Shown: positions 24,591-38,367, numbered from the stretch's first letter. The stretch: DNA of 64,000 nucleotides from Callorhinchus milii (GCF_018977255.1 NW_024704743.1:2916001-2980000), one strand, 5' to 3'. Program-made: numbers and translations. Notes: generated from the letters alone by a model not told the origin.

Positions 24591-27540
24591 GCGTGTCTCT
24601 CTCCGTGCCTCTCTCTCTCTCTCTCTCCCCCTCCCTAGGGTGATCTACCCGCGAGGCTTGCCCGAGGAATATTCCTTCGTCACCACCTTCCGCATGCTGA
24701 AGGAGACGGTGGAGAAGGTGTGGAACGTCTGGCAGATCGTGGACGAGGACGGTTACCGTCAGGTGGGGCTGAGGCTGAACGGCGACACCCAGTCGGTGGA
24801 GTTTTACCTGGTGGGTCTGGACACCAACCTGCAGACTGTGACCTTCCCCGGAGTCTCTCAGATCTTCAACACCGACTGGCACAAGGTGCTGGTGGGGGTG
24901 CAGAGGGATAGCGTCAGCCTGTTCGTGGACTGCCAGCAGGTGGGCTCCCAGCCCATCAAGTCCAAGGGCACCGTCAACGTGGACGGAGACACTCTGATTG
25001 GCCGCCTGTATTCCAACCCGCATACGTCTGTCGTGGTAAGTCGGGCCGAGCGACCTCGCGGCGTCCTAGGGTGCTACGGGCCCAGGAAGAGGCCATCGTG
25101 AACCTGCGCTGGCTCTTTGAAAGAGCCGTCCGACCAGCCTCGGTCTCCCCCACTCTCCTCGCTGAGTCCCTCCCGAAATGCCGGCTTGGGAGGACATTCA
25201 CCAGGAAGGGAATGCTGGACACGGTCTTGGGCCGGATGTGGCCCGCGGGCCGCCAGTTGGCTCACGCTGGACGCGGCCCATGGTTTTTCTCCAATAGGCA
25301 ATCCGGCCCGCGAACACCCTAAACAATCTGGTTCTATGTTTTCACCATGTTCTCTACATGTTCTATCTCCCGACGTGAAAGGCCCTATGTAAACACAATT
25401 TGTTGTTGTTGTTGTTGTTTTACAACCTCCCTCCCTTCTTGATCTCACCCCACTCCCCTCCCGGGGCCGCAATACTACTTCAATCTTCCTCTTTCCGTCA
25501 TCGTGGGGGCCCCATCGTAGCTCAGGGGTTCAGAGCGCTCGCCTCGCAAGCGAGAGGACCTGGGTTCGATTCCCGGGCCGAGTCAGGGGCGAGAGGTCGG
25601 GCACGTTTCAGGGTCGTGACGGCGTCGGAGCCTGACGCGGGGTGAAAGGGGGGAAGTGACCGTAGGCGCCATCGAAGAGGAAGGTGTTCGGGCAAACCTG
25701 GAGATGGGGAGGGACGGGGCAAGGCGGAGGGATTGAGAGAGCGTTCCAGAGGTTCGGGGCGTAGTGGCTGAAAGCGCGGGCGCCGCTGCTGGACCGGAGT
25801 GGGGTGGGGGGGGGAACGAGGAACAAGCAGGAGGCCTGGATCCGGTTGGAAAGGGATTTGTTGCGGTTTGTTGCTGTCAAGGGCTTGGAGTCGATGTCGA
25901 TGAGAAAGGTGGCGTTATTGTGGATGTTAATCGGTCTCTCCCTTTGCCGTTGCAGTTCGAGCTGCAGTGGATGCTGATCCACTGCGATCCCCGGAGAGCC
26001 CAGCGGGAGACCTGCTCTGAGCTGCCCATACAACAGGTGGGGACCGGTCAGCAATATATACCCCTCCCCGCCACACGCACTCCCCCCTCCACCCCCCCAC
26101 ACACTCCGCCCTCCCCCACACACACTCCCCCCTCCCCACACACACACTCCTCCCCCCACGTTCCCCACCTCCCCCCCACACACTCCGCCCTCCCCCACAC
26201 ACTCCCCCCTCCTCCCCCCCACACTCCCCCATCCCCCTCACTCATTCCCCCCCCCTCACACACTCTCCCTCTTCCTCCCACACACTCCTTCCTCTCCTCC
26301 CACGCATTCTCCCCCACCACGTCCCCTCACACGCATTCCCCCCCACCCCCCCCCCCACCTCCAAGCTACGAGCTGCCCAGAGGGGGGGGTGGGGGGCGGC
26401 TGGGTGGGGAACATCGAGGGGTTGGGTATTCATCATATCCGGGGCTGACTAAGCTAACTCCCCGTTTGTCAGCCTTCCCAACTCTTCCCTCCACAAGCTG
26501 CAGTGTCCTCGCTCTCCCTCACCAGGCTCCGTCACCCCGTCACCCCCCCCCACCCTCGCCCGGCTTCGCTGGCTCCCCATCCCCCAGAGGATAGAGTGCA
26601 AAATCCTCGTCCTCGCCTTCAAAGCCCTCCACGGCCTTGTCCCCTCCCTACCTTTGTGACCTGCTATATGGATGTAGACCTGTCCGTTCCCTCCGCTCAG
26701 CGGGCTCCAGCCTGCTCCACGTCCCCCGCCCGGCCCACCTCGCCATCGGGGCTCGGACCTTCAGCCTCTCCGCCCAAACCGTCTGAAACTCCATCCCACG
26801 GTCCCTTCCCCTCACTCCCTCCCTTGCCTCCTTAAAGCCCCGTCTCAAGACCCTCCTCTTCGACCGTGCCTTTGGCCAAACTCCTACCCCTGTTCTCCCT
26901 GTCCTCCACCCCTCCTGATCCTCACCCCCGGCTCGGGTCCAAATCCCCGAGCGTCCAGCGCTTTGGCCGTGGAGCAGGATGGCGCCCACCGAGCGGACGT
27001 CCTCTACAAACGTAAATTGTTGCTGCTGCTGTTGCTGTTGTGCACGTTGTGATATTTGCCACATCAGAGCCTTTTGGCTCCAGTCCGACGTCCTGCCAAG
27101 CGATGACCGTTCTTTCAGCGTGTGATCATTCTGGCCCACAAAATACACAGCCACTCCACTTTACAGCGTATTCCCGGGAAAGCGCTTTGAGGCGTCTCGG
27201 AGACGTGATAGGGCGCTGTATCGAACGCGAGGATTTTATGATTGAAAGCCAAAGGCGTAGGTTGGGATTCTAACGATACCCTTAACCGTTGCTTTCCCAT
27301 TTGTTTCTTTGTGTTCTCTCTCCCGCAGAGATTTCTGCCTAACTCGGAGGTATAGACTGAAGGACCAGCCTTTTCTCTAAGCTTTGAAAGACGCTCCTTT
27401 AGTGTTTGCCGTTCCGATAGAGTCCCGTCTGTCGCAGCGTCTGATGCACGTGCATGAGCCCCACCCTCCGCCCACCACAAACCGCTCCAAACATCTGCAT
27501 GAGCTGAGCAATAGTGATGGAGCGGTCGGGTTTCTGAGGC

Positions 27541-27575
<35 letters not shown>

Positions 27576-29244
27576 GGCCTGTATCCCCCCCCCCCCCCAC
27601 CCCACCACACTCTTCCTCCTCCCCCTTCTCCCCTTCCCCCCACTACAGTAAACCTCACGTAACTCGTATCAGTTGGGACCTCACCTTTATTATGACTTAT
27701 ATGTCAAACTCTCGTGGAATCTAAATTCTTGAACGGGACTTGGGCCGTTTATACGGCTCAGACTTAAGTGAGTTTTACTGTATTGTCTTAAAGGTGGGGA
27801 GGGAGGGGGCGAGGGAGGGAGGGGGCGAGGGAGGGGGCGAGGGAGGGGGCGGGGGAGGGGGGGGAGGGAGGGAAGGGACGAGGGAGGGAGGGAGGGGATG
27901 AGGGAGGGAGGGGGGAGAGAGGGAGGGGACGAGGGAGGGAGTGAGGGAGGGGGTGAGGGACGGGGGAGAGAGGGAGGGGGTGAGGGGGGGGGAGAGAGGG
28001 AGGGGGTGAGGGGGGGGGGAGAGGGAGGGAGGGTGAGGGAGGGGATGAGGGAGGGAGGGGACGAGGGAGAGAGGGAATGAGGGAGGGGGTGGGGGGGGGG
28101 AGAGGGAGGGGGGTGAGAGGGAGGGGGTGAGGGAAGGAGGGGGCGAGGAAGAGATCTAAACGTGAGAATGAGGAACATGATCGGCGGGGTGGGGTGGGGT
28201 AGGGTGGGGTAGGGTAGGGTGGGGTAGGGTGGGGTGGGGTAGGGTGGGGTAGGGTAGGTGGGGTAGGGTGAGGTAGGGTGGGTAGGGTGGGGTGGGTAGG
28301 GTAGGGTGGGGTAGGGCGGGTGGGGTAGGGTAGGGTAGCGTAGGGTGGGGTGGGGTAGGGTAGCGTAGGGTGGGGTGGGGTAGCATAGGGTAGGGTCGGG
28401 TGGAGCGGGGTGGTGGGGTGGGGTGGAGTAGGGTTGGGTAGGGTGGGGTGGAGTAGGGTGGGGTAGGGTGGGGTGGGGTGGGGTAGGTAGGGTAGGGTAG
28501 GGTAGGGTAGGGGGGGGTAGGGTGGGGCGGGGTGGGGTGGGGCGGGGTGGGGTGGGTGGACGGTGGGTTTGCGGAGCCAGTGGAGCCGGGTGAGGACTAA
28601 CCCACCGCCCCCCCACACTCCCACCGCCCCCCCCCCCCACCCCCCCATCCCCTGCCCCCCACCCCTGCCCCCCTCCACCCCTGCCCCCCTCACTGTAGTG
28701 GCTGTCAGTTACCCCCTTTCCCCTTCCTCTCCCCCCCCCTCAACGCCGCTCCTCCGGGGCTCACTGACCCCAAATAACCTTTGTCCCATCTCTCCCCCAT
28801 TCAGCCGCATTACTATCCCATAGCCACGCCTTCGCCCGGCAAAGAGGGGCCTCCCGGACCCCCGGGACACCCAGGTCACCCGGGGCCTGAGGGACCCCCG
28901 GGGCGGGAGGGGCCTCCTGGAGCCCCCGGGGAGGATGGACAAGTCGGAGCCAGTGTAAGCCTTGACTCTCTACATCACCAACTCGTGCCTTGTGGCTCTG
29001 GTTGGCCGAATGCTGGACAGGACGAGGCTGGGTAGCGGCTACGGTGACTGGGCGGAGGGTGTGATCCCCAGAGGGGGGACCCGGGTTCGATTCCCGGGGC
29101 CGGGCCGGGCGGGGCAGGGCGGGGCCGGACCGTTGGGCAAGTTTCCTTCCCCCGCCCGCCTCTGTTTAACCCGGCAGTAAGTAGGGACTTGGTTGTTAGT
29201 CGATAGGCGGAATCGCTCTTCCGGGGACGATAATACCTTCAAAA

Positions 29245-29283
<39 letters not shown>

Positions 29284-29409
29284 TGGGTCACTCAGTCCAC
29301 GACTGTGCGCAATTGGCTGCCGCGTTTCGTCCATGAAATATACAGTGTATCCCGTCAGGCGCTTTGAGACGTCTCGAAGACGTGATGAGGCGCTGTATCA
29401 AAGGCGAGG

Positions 29410-29442
<33 letters not shown>

Positions 29443-31140
29443 GTAAGCAGGTGGTGCAAGTGACTGGGCATCACCCAGCGATGTTTGGGGGCCATTTTGT
29501 TTCTCAGTTGCCGGGACGGTGTTTAATTGGGGCTTGATTTGTTGTTGTTGTTGTCGTCGTTAAATGTCGATCTTCTGGGTGGGATCAGTCAAAGAGGGGA
29601 GGGAGCATCGCCCGACAGCCAACAGCTCGGACGCGGCGGCCGTTTTCCCGCCCTCGAGTCCAATAAAAGTACAAATTGTTTCTTTCCTTTCTTTTCTCAG
29701 GGGATGCCTGGTACGCCCGGCTCTTCAGGACTTCCTGTAAGTTTCAGCAACGATCGCACAAGCTCGGAGGTTGGAAGGGGGTCGGGGCTGGGGGGGGTGG
29801 GGTGGGTGGGGAGGGTGTGGTGGGTGGGTGGGGGGGGGGTGGGGGAGTAGGGGGTCCTCTTCAGTCTTGAGAGAAATGCACTCAGAGGGGACAATAACAG
29901 TAACAAATTACATTTGCACGGCGCCTTTCGCGTCAGAAGGACGTCCCAAGGCGTTGGGCAGTCAAGGTTCAGCGCCCGAGCTGGGTGTTGGGTTCAGGAG
30001 GGGGTTGGAGGGCTGGGACAGTGGACGTAGGAGGGTGATCGAAGGCACAGTCGAAGAAGAAGGTCTTGAGACGGGTCTTGAAGGAGGCAAGGGAGGGAGC
30101 GAGGTGGAGGGGCTCGGCGATGGCGTTCCAGAGGGTGGGGGCAGAGAGGCTGAAGGACCGACTGTCAATGGTGAGGCGGAGAGGGCGGGGGGGCGTGGAG
30201 CAGGCCGGAGCCCCCCCTGAGCGGAGGGAGTGGGACGGTTAATAAGATGGTAGCAGGTCATGGACGTACGGAAGAGCGAGGCCGAGGAGGGCTTTGAACG
30301 TGAGGACGAGGATCTTAAACTCGATCCTCTGGGGGTCGGGGAGCCAGTGAAATTGGTTCCCCGTATTGTTATTTAGTGGACGTGTCTCGGTCAGGTTCGG
30401 GCTTCGCGGAGAACGCGGCGGTGGGGAGCAGAAAGGGAGTCACCGGCCAGAGTACAGAATGGAGGCACGGGGAGGAACCGGGGAGTGAAGGTCCAGTCAG
30501 AGACGAGAGTTATTGCCCGGTTAACGCGTGCGTTTCTTCCCACCCCGCAGGGCCAGAAAGGTGAGAGAGGTGACTCGGGGTTCCCGGGACAAAAAGGCAT
30601 GCCGGGGCTCCCAGGATTCAACGTAAGTTCCACCCCCACCTCCTGCCCCCACCCCAACCCCAGGGCTCGGCGGTGGGGCTTTGATGCCCTCCGTCTCCTT
30701 GTCTAGACTGAGGACCCGCCTGGTCCGCCACAAAAGGGCCGGATCGATCCTGACGTTTTGTTGTCAAACGCGTCACCTTGGTACCAGTTCACCCTCGAGG
30801 AGACCCCTCTTACCTCCCACCACCCCCCCTCTCCCAACTGGGGAGGACCCCTAAAGAAGTGTAGTAACTGGATCGCGCTCTATTTATCTCCCTCCCTCTT
30901 AACCACCTGTACAGTCTGACCCTCGACGGGAGTGAAGGTCCAGCCGGATGTTACACACGTTGCGGGTCGGGGGGTGGTGGGGGTGGTGGGGGGGGGGGGG
31001 GAGTCTATAAAAGTAGGATTATAAATATGTCCGCGTCGGCTCCACGTCCGGGTTGTCAGATCGCCGCTGACATCACTTCCTGCTCCGCGCGGCGTAGGCG
31101 TCAGGTTGTAACGTCGCCCGGGGTGGATGTCGCTTGGGCC

Positions 31141-31220
<80 letters not shown>

Positions 31221-33092
31221 GNNNNNNNNNNNNNNNNNNNNNNNNNCCAGACGGTGGGGGCAGAGAGGCTGAAGACGGGGCACATGGCATAGGCCGGAGC
31301 CTATTGAGTGGAGAGAGCGGGCAGGTCTGTGAAAGAAGGAAGTGTAGTGACTGTGTGCGTGCAGGCGGACATGGTAGCCCGTTTGCGCACAGAATTTGTG
31401 TGAAGAGGTTTGGTGGTTTGTCAGGGGAAAGAGTGTAGATTGCGATTAGGATGAATGTCTTATTGGAGGAGCAAATGGTCATCCATCTCAATGGTTCCTT
31501 TCAACTCACATCATTCCTGGCGTTGCTCCCAGACTGACATCTGTCTCTTTTTCTACAGGGAATTCCCGGAGAACAAGGTCTTATGGGGGTGCCCGGTCTG
31601 CCGGGCAGTTCTGTAAGTACAATAACCATCACTGCTCAGTTCTGGTCAGCCCACACCTGGAGTAACTATGTACAGCTCTGGTCAGCCCACACCTGGAGTA
31701 ACTGTGTCCAGCTCTGGTCAGCCCACACCTGGAGTAACTACGACCAGCTCTGGTCAGCCCACACCTGGAGTAACTATGTCCAGCTCTGGTCAGCCCACAC
31801 CTGGAGTAACTATGTCCAGCTCTGGTAGACCACACCTGGAGTAACTGTGTACAGCTATAGTCAACCCACATCTGGAGTAACTGAGTACCGCTCTGGTCAT
31901 CCCACACCTGGAGTAACTGTGTACAACTGTGATCAGTCCACACCTGGAATACAGCGTCGTACCCGTAAATTATCCCCCAGAGCCTCCTGTGTAGCTGTTT
32001 TTGCTAACCAAGCGTGAAAATGTTTCCTGATCAACAGGGAGTGAAGGGCGATCGTGGGAGACAAGGGATTCAAGGGCCACTTGGTTTCCCCGGAAAGAAA
32101 GGAGAGAAGGTGAGACATGAGATTGGAGCCGTGCGATGGGTTAACCCCCACTCTGCATCACCCCACCCGCACCTCCCCCTCTACACCACTTTCCCCCCGC
32201 AATACCCCCGCCCCCCCCCCCGTTCTCTCCACCCCCACCACGACCCCTTGGCATCCCCCCCGGGGGTGTGGAGGGCACGGGCAGCACGCAGAAAGCCTGA
32301 GTTAGCCCAGCGGGACGGCAGGGGAGGCGGGTAGGAGGAGAGCGGAGAGACAAGAGGGCGCCAGGGTGTGAAGTCAATCCGTTGGGAGCCAGTGGAGCCT
32401 GGTGCGGACTGGGGCGGTGCGGTGCGGAGTTTGGTGTAGCTGAGGATGATACCCGGGGGGCGGGGGGGCAAACACAAGAGGCACCTCTCTCTTTCTCTCG
32501 CTCTCTACTGTATTCGATTTCTCTTCTCTTCAGAAACAGACTTGTTTTTCTCTTTCTTTGTTTCGATTCAGGGTCACACAGGCCCTGGAGGCCCCAAAGG
32601 AAATAAGGTAAAGGAAACCCCCCCAACCCCCCACCCCACCTCCCACCCCCTTGTGTTGTATTTTGGAGATCGGAGAAACACAGGAACAGGAGGAGGCCAT
32701 TCAGCCCCTTGAGCTCGTTCTGTCATTGTAGTAGATCATGGCTGATCTATACCTCAGTACCAGTGTCCTTGCCGACAATCCCCCGAATAGCAGAGGTCAT
32801 TCACTTGGCAGTGGTTTGTGGGCCCCTGGGAGAGAGAAACCCGCTTCTCTTTTCCAATAGCGCCACAGGATCGGTTTGACGGGATGGCACCTCTGACAAT
32901 ACTCCCCAGTCTCCGAGATAGAGCGTCAGTCGAACTGCGAGCTCAGAGTCCTGACGTGGGGCTTGAACCCACAACCTTCTGACTCAGAGGCGAGAGGATT
33001 ACTGACTGACCCAGACCAACACTGGCTTAACAATGAGGGCGTGAAATTCGAAGACATGATAAAGGACTACTTCAAATGCAATGATGATGATG

Positions 33093-33123
<31 letters not shown>

Positions 33124-36100
33124 GAATACATTAGAATATACAGCGATTCCAATTCTTTTGTTGATATATTGGGAATTCCGGAAATGAATCCTGCAATTTT
33201 GTTCAGGACACGGAAGCAAGGCAGGGGATTGTGAACTCCATCTGTGCCAAGGGCCTGACTCATTGCCTTTTGCTGTCCACAGGGAGATTCAGGTGTGAAC
33301 GGGCTGCCCGGAGTAAACGGCGAACAGGTGAGTTACACGGAATGTCACTCCTCTCCCACTCCCCCATCCCCGTCCCCATCCCACAGAGAGCTGAGTTGGG
33401 CGAATCCACATCCCAGACAGCCACAGGAAGTGCCCCGTTTGATGAAGGTTGAGGTGAGAGTGGTCAACAGACACAATGCAACAACAACAAATGACATTTA
33501 CACAGCGCCTTTCACGTCAGGAGGAGCCCCAAGTCGCTGGACAGTCAGGGTTTGCACCCAAGCTGGGGGTTGGGATCTGGAGGGCAGGGAGGGTAAGGGT
33601 AGGAGGATGACCGAAGGCGCAATCAAAGAAGAAGGAGGCAATTGCGGGATCGAGGTGAAGGGACTGTGGAGTTCCAAAGAGTGGAGGCAGAGAGTCTGAA
33701 GGCCTGACCGCTGATGGTGGGTTCCCCCAGCACTGTAGAGGGGTGTCAGTCTAGACTGTGAGCTCAAAGGTCCTAAATTGGGGCTTGTATCACCTACGAT
33801 CTGTGTCAGTGACTCTCTTTAAATAAAAATCATTCTGTTTTTACATTTGAAGGGTATTCCCGGTGTTCAAGGCAAGACAGGAGAGGTTCGTATGGGAATG
33901 GAATGTCAGAATCGAGCCGCTCCCGCCCGCCCGCCCCTCCGTGACGGTCTCCAGTCCGGTTCCTGAGCCAGGAGGGTTCGCAGTATTCCAGGGCACTCAC
34001 TGCTGATGACAGCACAGCCCGGCCCTGGCTCATCGGCAGGACCTGGAAGTGCCGACCAGTCACTGGGGGTGGGGAATCCTCCCACTCAGCTCCTGTTAAC
34101 CCTGCAGCCAAAGGCCGATTTGCTCTTTTATCGGCTTCTCTAAGCCATCCCCCGGTAAACCAAACTCTCTGTTCCTCTATGCCATTGAGAACTCGACCAC
34201 AAACGAGTAGGGTGGTCCTAGCCGCGTGACCAGCAGTGGGAAAGCTTGCCAGACAGTGCTCTGAAGGACAAGCCATGCATTTAGACTCCAGCAATTGCCC
34301 CAATGCGCACTATGGGGTCCCCAAGCCTTGGCTTTTGCCAACCTGCGCCTACTACTCTCTGGACTTAGGTGAGTAGGATGCATCCCTCTAGAGAGAGTGC
34401 GCATTCCGTTCCAATCGCAGGGAATTTCCATGCGTAGGTGGGGATGCATGGAATTCTCAATCTGTTTTTGGAGGCTCTTAAGCGCGGTGACGTGTTTCCT
34501 CATGTGTCAGAGACCCAGCTGAGCAAGTATAAAATGCACCCTGATGTTATCTGCCTAGGCGGGTGTGCCGGGAGACCACGGGGCCCCAGGGAAGCCAGGA
34601 GCCCGAGGACAGCCTGGGTTTGCGGGGCCAAGCGGCTTACCCGGATCTCGAGGGCCGGAGGGGGATCGTGGAATACCAGGGCTACCCGGGCCCTCTGGAA
34701 GCCCGGTGAGTGAACAAAGCCTGGAGTAAGCTCCAAGACGTTGTGTATAAATGTAGGTGTTGTGGAGTCCTGTAGTTTAGTGGTTGGAGCACTTGTCTCG
34801 CAAGCGAGAGGACCTGGATTTGATTCCTGGGCAGGTAAGTTTCCTTACTCTGCACGTCTCGGTTTACCCAGCAATCGGTAGGAACCCGCTTGATAGTTGA
34901 TTGGTGGTTTGGAGGGGAATAATCCCTCCCAACCGCCCAAAAAGTAGAAACTGTTTCCTCTTGTGGGTGGGTTGGTAACCAGAGGACACAGGCGTAAGAT
35001 AAATGGCAAAAGAACCAGACGAGGGGCAGACGAGGAGAATTTTTTTTACCCAAAGAATTGTTGCGGTCTGGAAGGCACTGCCTGAAAGGGCGGCGGAAGC
35101 AGATTCGATCGTAGTTTTCAAAAGGGAATTGGGTCCGTACTTGAAAAGGAAAAAAAATTGCAGGGCTATGGGGTTTGAGCGGAGGAGTGGGTCTGATTAT
35201 TGGGTAGCTCTTTCTAAGAGCTGGGCACAGACACAATGGGCTGAATGGCCTCCTTCTGTGCTGCAAGAGACTGTGATTCTATGATTGATCATCTAAAGCC
35301 TCCCCACAGGGCAAGGAGCCGAGCGAGCAGAGGATCAGAGAGCTGTGTCTGAGCCTGATCCAAGGTCAGTGAATCATTTATTATAATAATAATTGATGCC
35401 TCACCTTTCTTTTTGGTCTGATGCATCACCAGGCTTAAGAATATCCAGCCCAGACGGAGAATTCCCTGCATCCTACCTACCCGTGGCGATTCCCAGTGTC
35501 TGGAATGGGAATACGCACTCTCTCCCCTTCGAGCGCCTTTAACAGCAAAACGTCTCATCTCGTTGCCGTCACATTGCTGTCTGAAAACATTTTGCCCACA
35601 CTTATTCCAAAACTGTCTGGCAAACTTTCCCGCTGCTTGTCCAGCTAGGAACACCCTACCCGTTAGGACTTTGGTTTGCCGGGTTAACAGGAGCTGAGTG
35701 GGATGACCCCTTGCCCCAAGTGACTGGTCTGCCCTTCCAGGTCCTGGCGATGAGCCGGACTGGACTGCGCTGTTATCAGACTGGAATACTGCAGATCAGG
35801 AGTCCCGACACAGTGGTCTCCACTCCGCTGCTTCTGTTTGGCTGGTTCCGGCCTCCTGCTCATCCCTCGAATCTTCTGCTCCACCATCAGTGGCCAGGCA
35901 CTACACCTTGCCTAGTCCGTTGCCCGTCTTCATATCCCAGCTGAAAACATTCCTCTTCCACCATGCTTGCAGTCATCTCCCTTTTCTCCCCGGCTCGGCA
36001 TCAGGCTCTGACAGCGTTAAGCACTCCCGAGTCACTGCACCACATGAAGGGCACCGTGTAAGTGCACAGGAACAGGCGTCGGCCATTCAGCCCCTTGAGC

Positions 36101-38367
36101 CTCTTCCGCCATTTTACCAGATCATGGCTGATCTGTGCCTCTTATCCGGCTTTGCTCCATCTCCCTTGATACCCTGACCTAACATCTATCCATCTCAGTA
36201 TTGAAGATGTGAAAGGATCCAGCATCCACAGCCTTTTGGGGATCAGAGTTCCAGATGTCCACTACCTTTTAGGTGGAAAAGTAGTGCCTGATTTCACTCC
36301 TAAATAGCCTAGGTCTGATTTTAGGATGTTGCCCCCTTGTCCTGGATTCCGCCTACCACCAAAGGAGATAATTTATCTGTAGCCGCCCTATCCAATCCCT
36401 ATAGCATCTTAAACAGATCACCCCTCAACCTTCTGAACTCAAGGGATTAGAGACCAGGTTTGTGCAACCTGTCCTCAGAAGTGTCAGGGTAAACCTCAGT
36501 GCTGTGTGGCTTTCCTCTTTCAGAGTACATTGCACAGGTGGCGGACAGCCTGAGGCAGCCGACGGTGCCTGGAGAGCCGGGGCAACCGGGGTCCCAGGGG
36601 CTTCCGGGACCCTCTGGCCCCCCGGGATCTGCTGGCCTCCCGGGGCCCATGGGCCGGCCGGGCATCAAAGGTCACCATGGTTTCCACGGCAAGCCCGGCA
36701 GCAAAGGTAAGACTCAACAAAACTGCGGCCGAAAGGGCCATCGATAAGAGGATGCAAGGATTAGTATTTTTTTATTTAGGGCCCGAACTCAAATGGCGGC
36801 CATTTTGCCTCACAATTCAAGGTTGCCTCAGCATCGTCACAATCAAACCCGTTCTCTGGGTAGAGACGGAGGAACCGAGGCCCATGGGAAGAGGCAAGAG
36901 GTTGATGAGGGTTCTGAAAGGATTTGATATGGTGGATATCGAGTCCTGTGAAGTGGAGTGCTGCAGCTCCACAACAGCTTGCATTTACGTAGCACCTTTC
37001 ACGTGGGGTAGAGTCCCGGAGCTCTCGGTGGTTCGAGCACTCGCCTCGCACGTGAGAGGACCTGGGTTTGATTCCCATAGAGGGCGACATGTTGGGCAAG
37101 ATTCCTTACTCCACACGCCTCTGTTTAGCGAGCAGTTGGTCGATTGGTAGGTCGCTTTAACGGGAGTAACAATCCCATCAAAAAAGAAATTGAAATAATA
37201 ATCATTTGGTCACTCAATTCATGACTTGGGTTTGGAGGGTTAACAGGAGCTGAGTGGGAGGATTCCCCGCCCCCAGTGACTGGTCTGCCCTTCCAGGTCC
37301 TGCCGATGGGTCAGGGTGGGCTGCGCTGTCAACAGCAGTGCCCTGGAATACTGCGGACCTGCCTGGCTCAGAAACCAGACAAGAGGCCATCTCGCAGAGG
37401 GAGAGGGGAACAGAGGGGGTGTGGAAGAGGGAGATAGAAGGGTGTAGGAGAGGGGAACAGAGGGGTGAAGGAGGTGAGAGCGCGGACGACGGAGCCAGAG
37501 TGTTGTGTTAATATTGCCTGGCCAAGGAACCCTTTGATGTCTGACTTTGTGTGTGACAGGGGCGAGAGGTGACAAGGGAGATAAGGGACATGACGGGATT
37601 GGTCTGCGGGGGTTGGAAGGCTCGCCAGGACCTCGAGGTAATGCGAGTGACACGGGGGGGGCCTTCTCTCCTCCCTGCCCCGCAAACATCTCCCAGCGCG
37701 CTCATTTCCCGTTTGGTCAGCTAAACACGCACATACAGGCAAACACACACATACAGGCAAACACGCACATACAGGCAAACACACACACACACACACATAT
37801 CCACAGGTGCGCACACATACAAGCATGTACATAGACACACACAGGCAACCCACGTACACCAGCACACACATACACAGAGACATATAGACGCGCACACATA
37901 CAGGCATATACACAGACACACACATAGGCATATATAAATATGTATATACACAGCCACATACACACACATAAACAGACATACACACAGGCACATACACACG
38001 TACATATAGTCATGTACACAGACACACACACACAGGCACACAGACACAGTTTACCCGAGGTCCATTCTGTCCACTTGGGTGGATGATAAAGATGCCGTGA
38101 CCACGATTACACAGTCACTACACTGGACATTGAAGCGCTTTGAGATGCCTCGCTGAGTGTTACGCTCTCTCGCCTCTCTCTCCCACCCACACAGGCGAGG
38201 CTGGCTTGCCCGGAATCGGCAAGGATGGGCGGAATGGCTTCCCAGGGGAGCCTGGTTTAGTGGGCGAGCCGGGACCACCTGGGCAGCCGGGGCTTCGGGG
38301 GTTCCCTGGCATTTGTGACGCCACCGACTGCTTGGGCCCCCTCACCTGTACATGGGCATGGGTCTGA
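19569..38367 (+). CDS. COL9A1-like: Collagen alpha-1(IX)-like FACIT collagen (signal peptide, TSPN/NC4 domain, Gly-X-Y domains, NC2, C-x4-C NC1); middle probably hidden in an assembly gap
   Basis: GT-AG exons with consistent phases: 19569-19597 (tentative first exon), 21750-21823, 23150-23233, 23553-23682, 24639-25035, 25956-26036, 27329-27349, 28805-28954, 29701-29736, 30551-30622, [gap 31222-31246], 31559-31612, 32038-32109, 32572-32607, 33283-33327, 33853-33885, 34559-34705, 35310-35364, 36524-36706, 37560-37637, 38195-38367. COL9A1-type motifs: [54 protein letters not shown]2 [31 protein letters not shown] and CDATDC. Confidence 0.9.
21166..21622. repeat. 41-bp minisatellite, ~11 copies (CACGGTGATGGGTTCCCGTGTGTGTCAGACCCCCGGCTGAT)
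   Basis: Unit starts at 21166, 21207 and onward at 41-bp spacing. Confidence 0.95.
23150..26036 (+). CDS. COL9A1-like: TSPN/LamG (NC4) domain exons of the COL9A1-like gene
   Basis: Four exons (84, 130, 397, 81 bp) encode a domain colinear with COL9A1 NC4, including its cysteines. Confidence 0.92.
27646..27780. mobile_element. Tc1/mariner-pogo (Tigger-like) MITE
   Basis: TA|CAGTAAACCTCACGTAACTC ... GACTTAAGTGAGTTTTACTG|TA: imperfect ~20-bp terminal inverted repeats with a TA target duplication. Confidence 0.75.
27793..28560. repeat. G-rich polypurine and (GGGTA/GGGGT)n pentamer satellite
   Basis: Direct reading; dense G-runs. Confidence 0.9.
31141..31246. repeat. (GTCT)n tetranucleotide repeat running into an assembly gap
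   Basis: Direct reading; N at 31222-31246. Confidence 0.95.
31637..31950. repeat. 36-bp minisatellite (~8-9 copies, AGCTCTGGTCAGCCCACACCTGGAGTAACTATGTCC), CR1-LINE-derived
   Basis: Period visible as repeated [12 protein letters not shown] in the ORF track; the unit resembles CR1 ORF2 DNA encoding LVRPHLEYCVQFW. Confidence 0.85.

Noticed and set aside
27690..28693. 300-aa proline-rich, extensin-like ORFs (also 39425-40243)
   Set aside because: Reverse translations of G-rich simple repeats within an intron or UTR.
19569..38367. Claim of a novel shortened 'mini collagen IX'
   Set aside because: The missing central exons coincide with an assembly gap of unknown true size, so shortening cannot be asserted.
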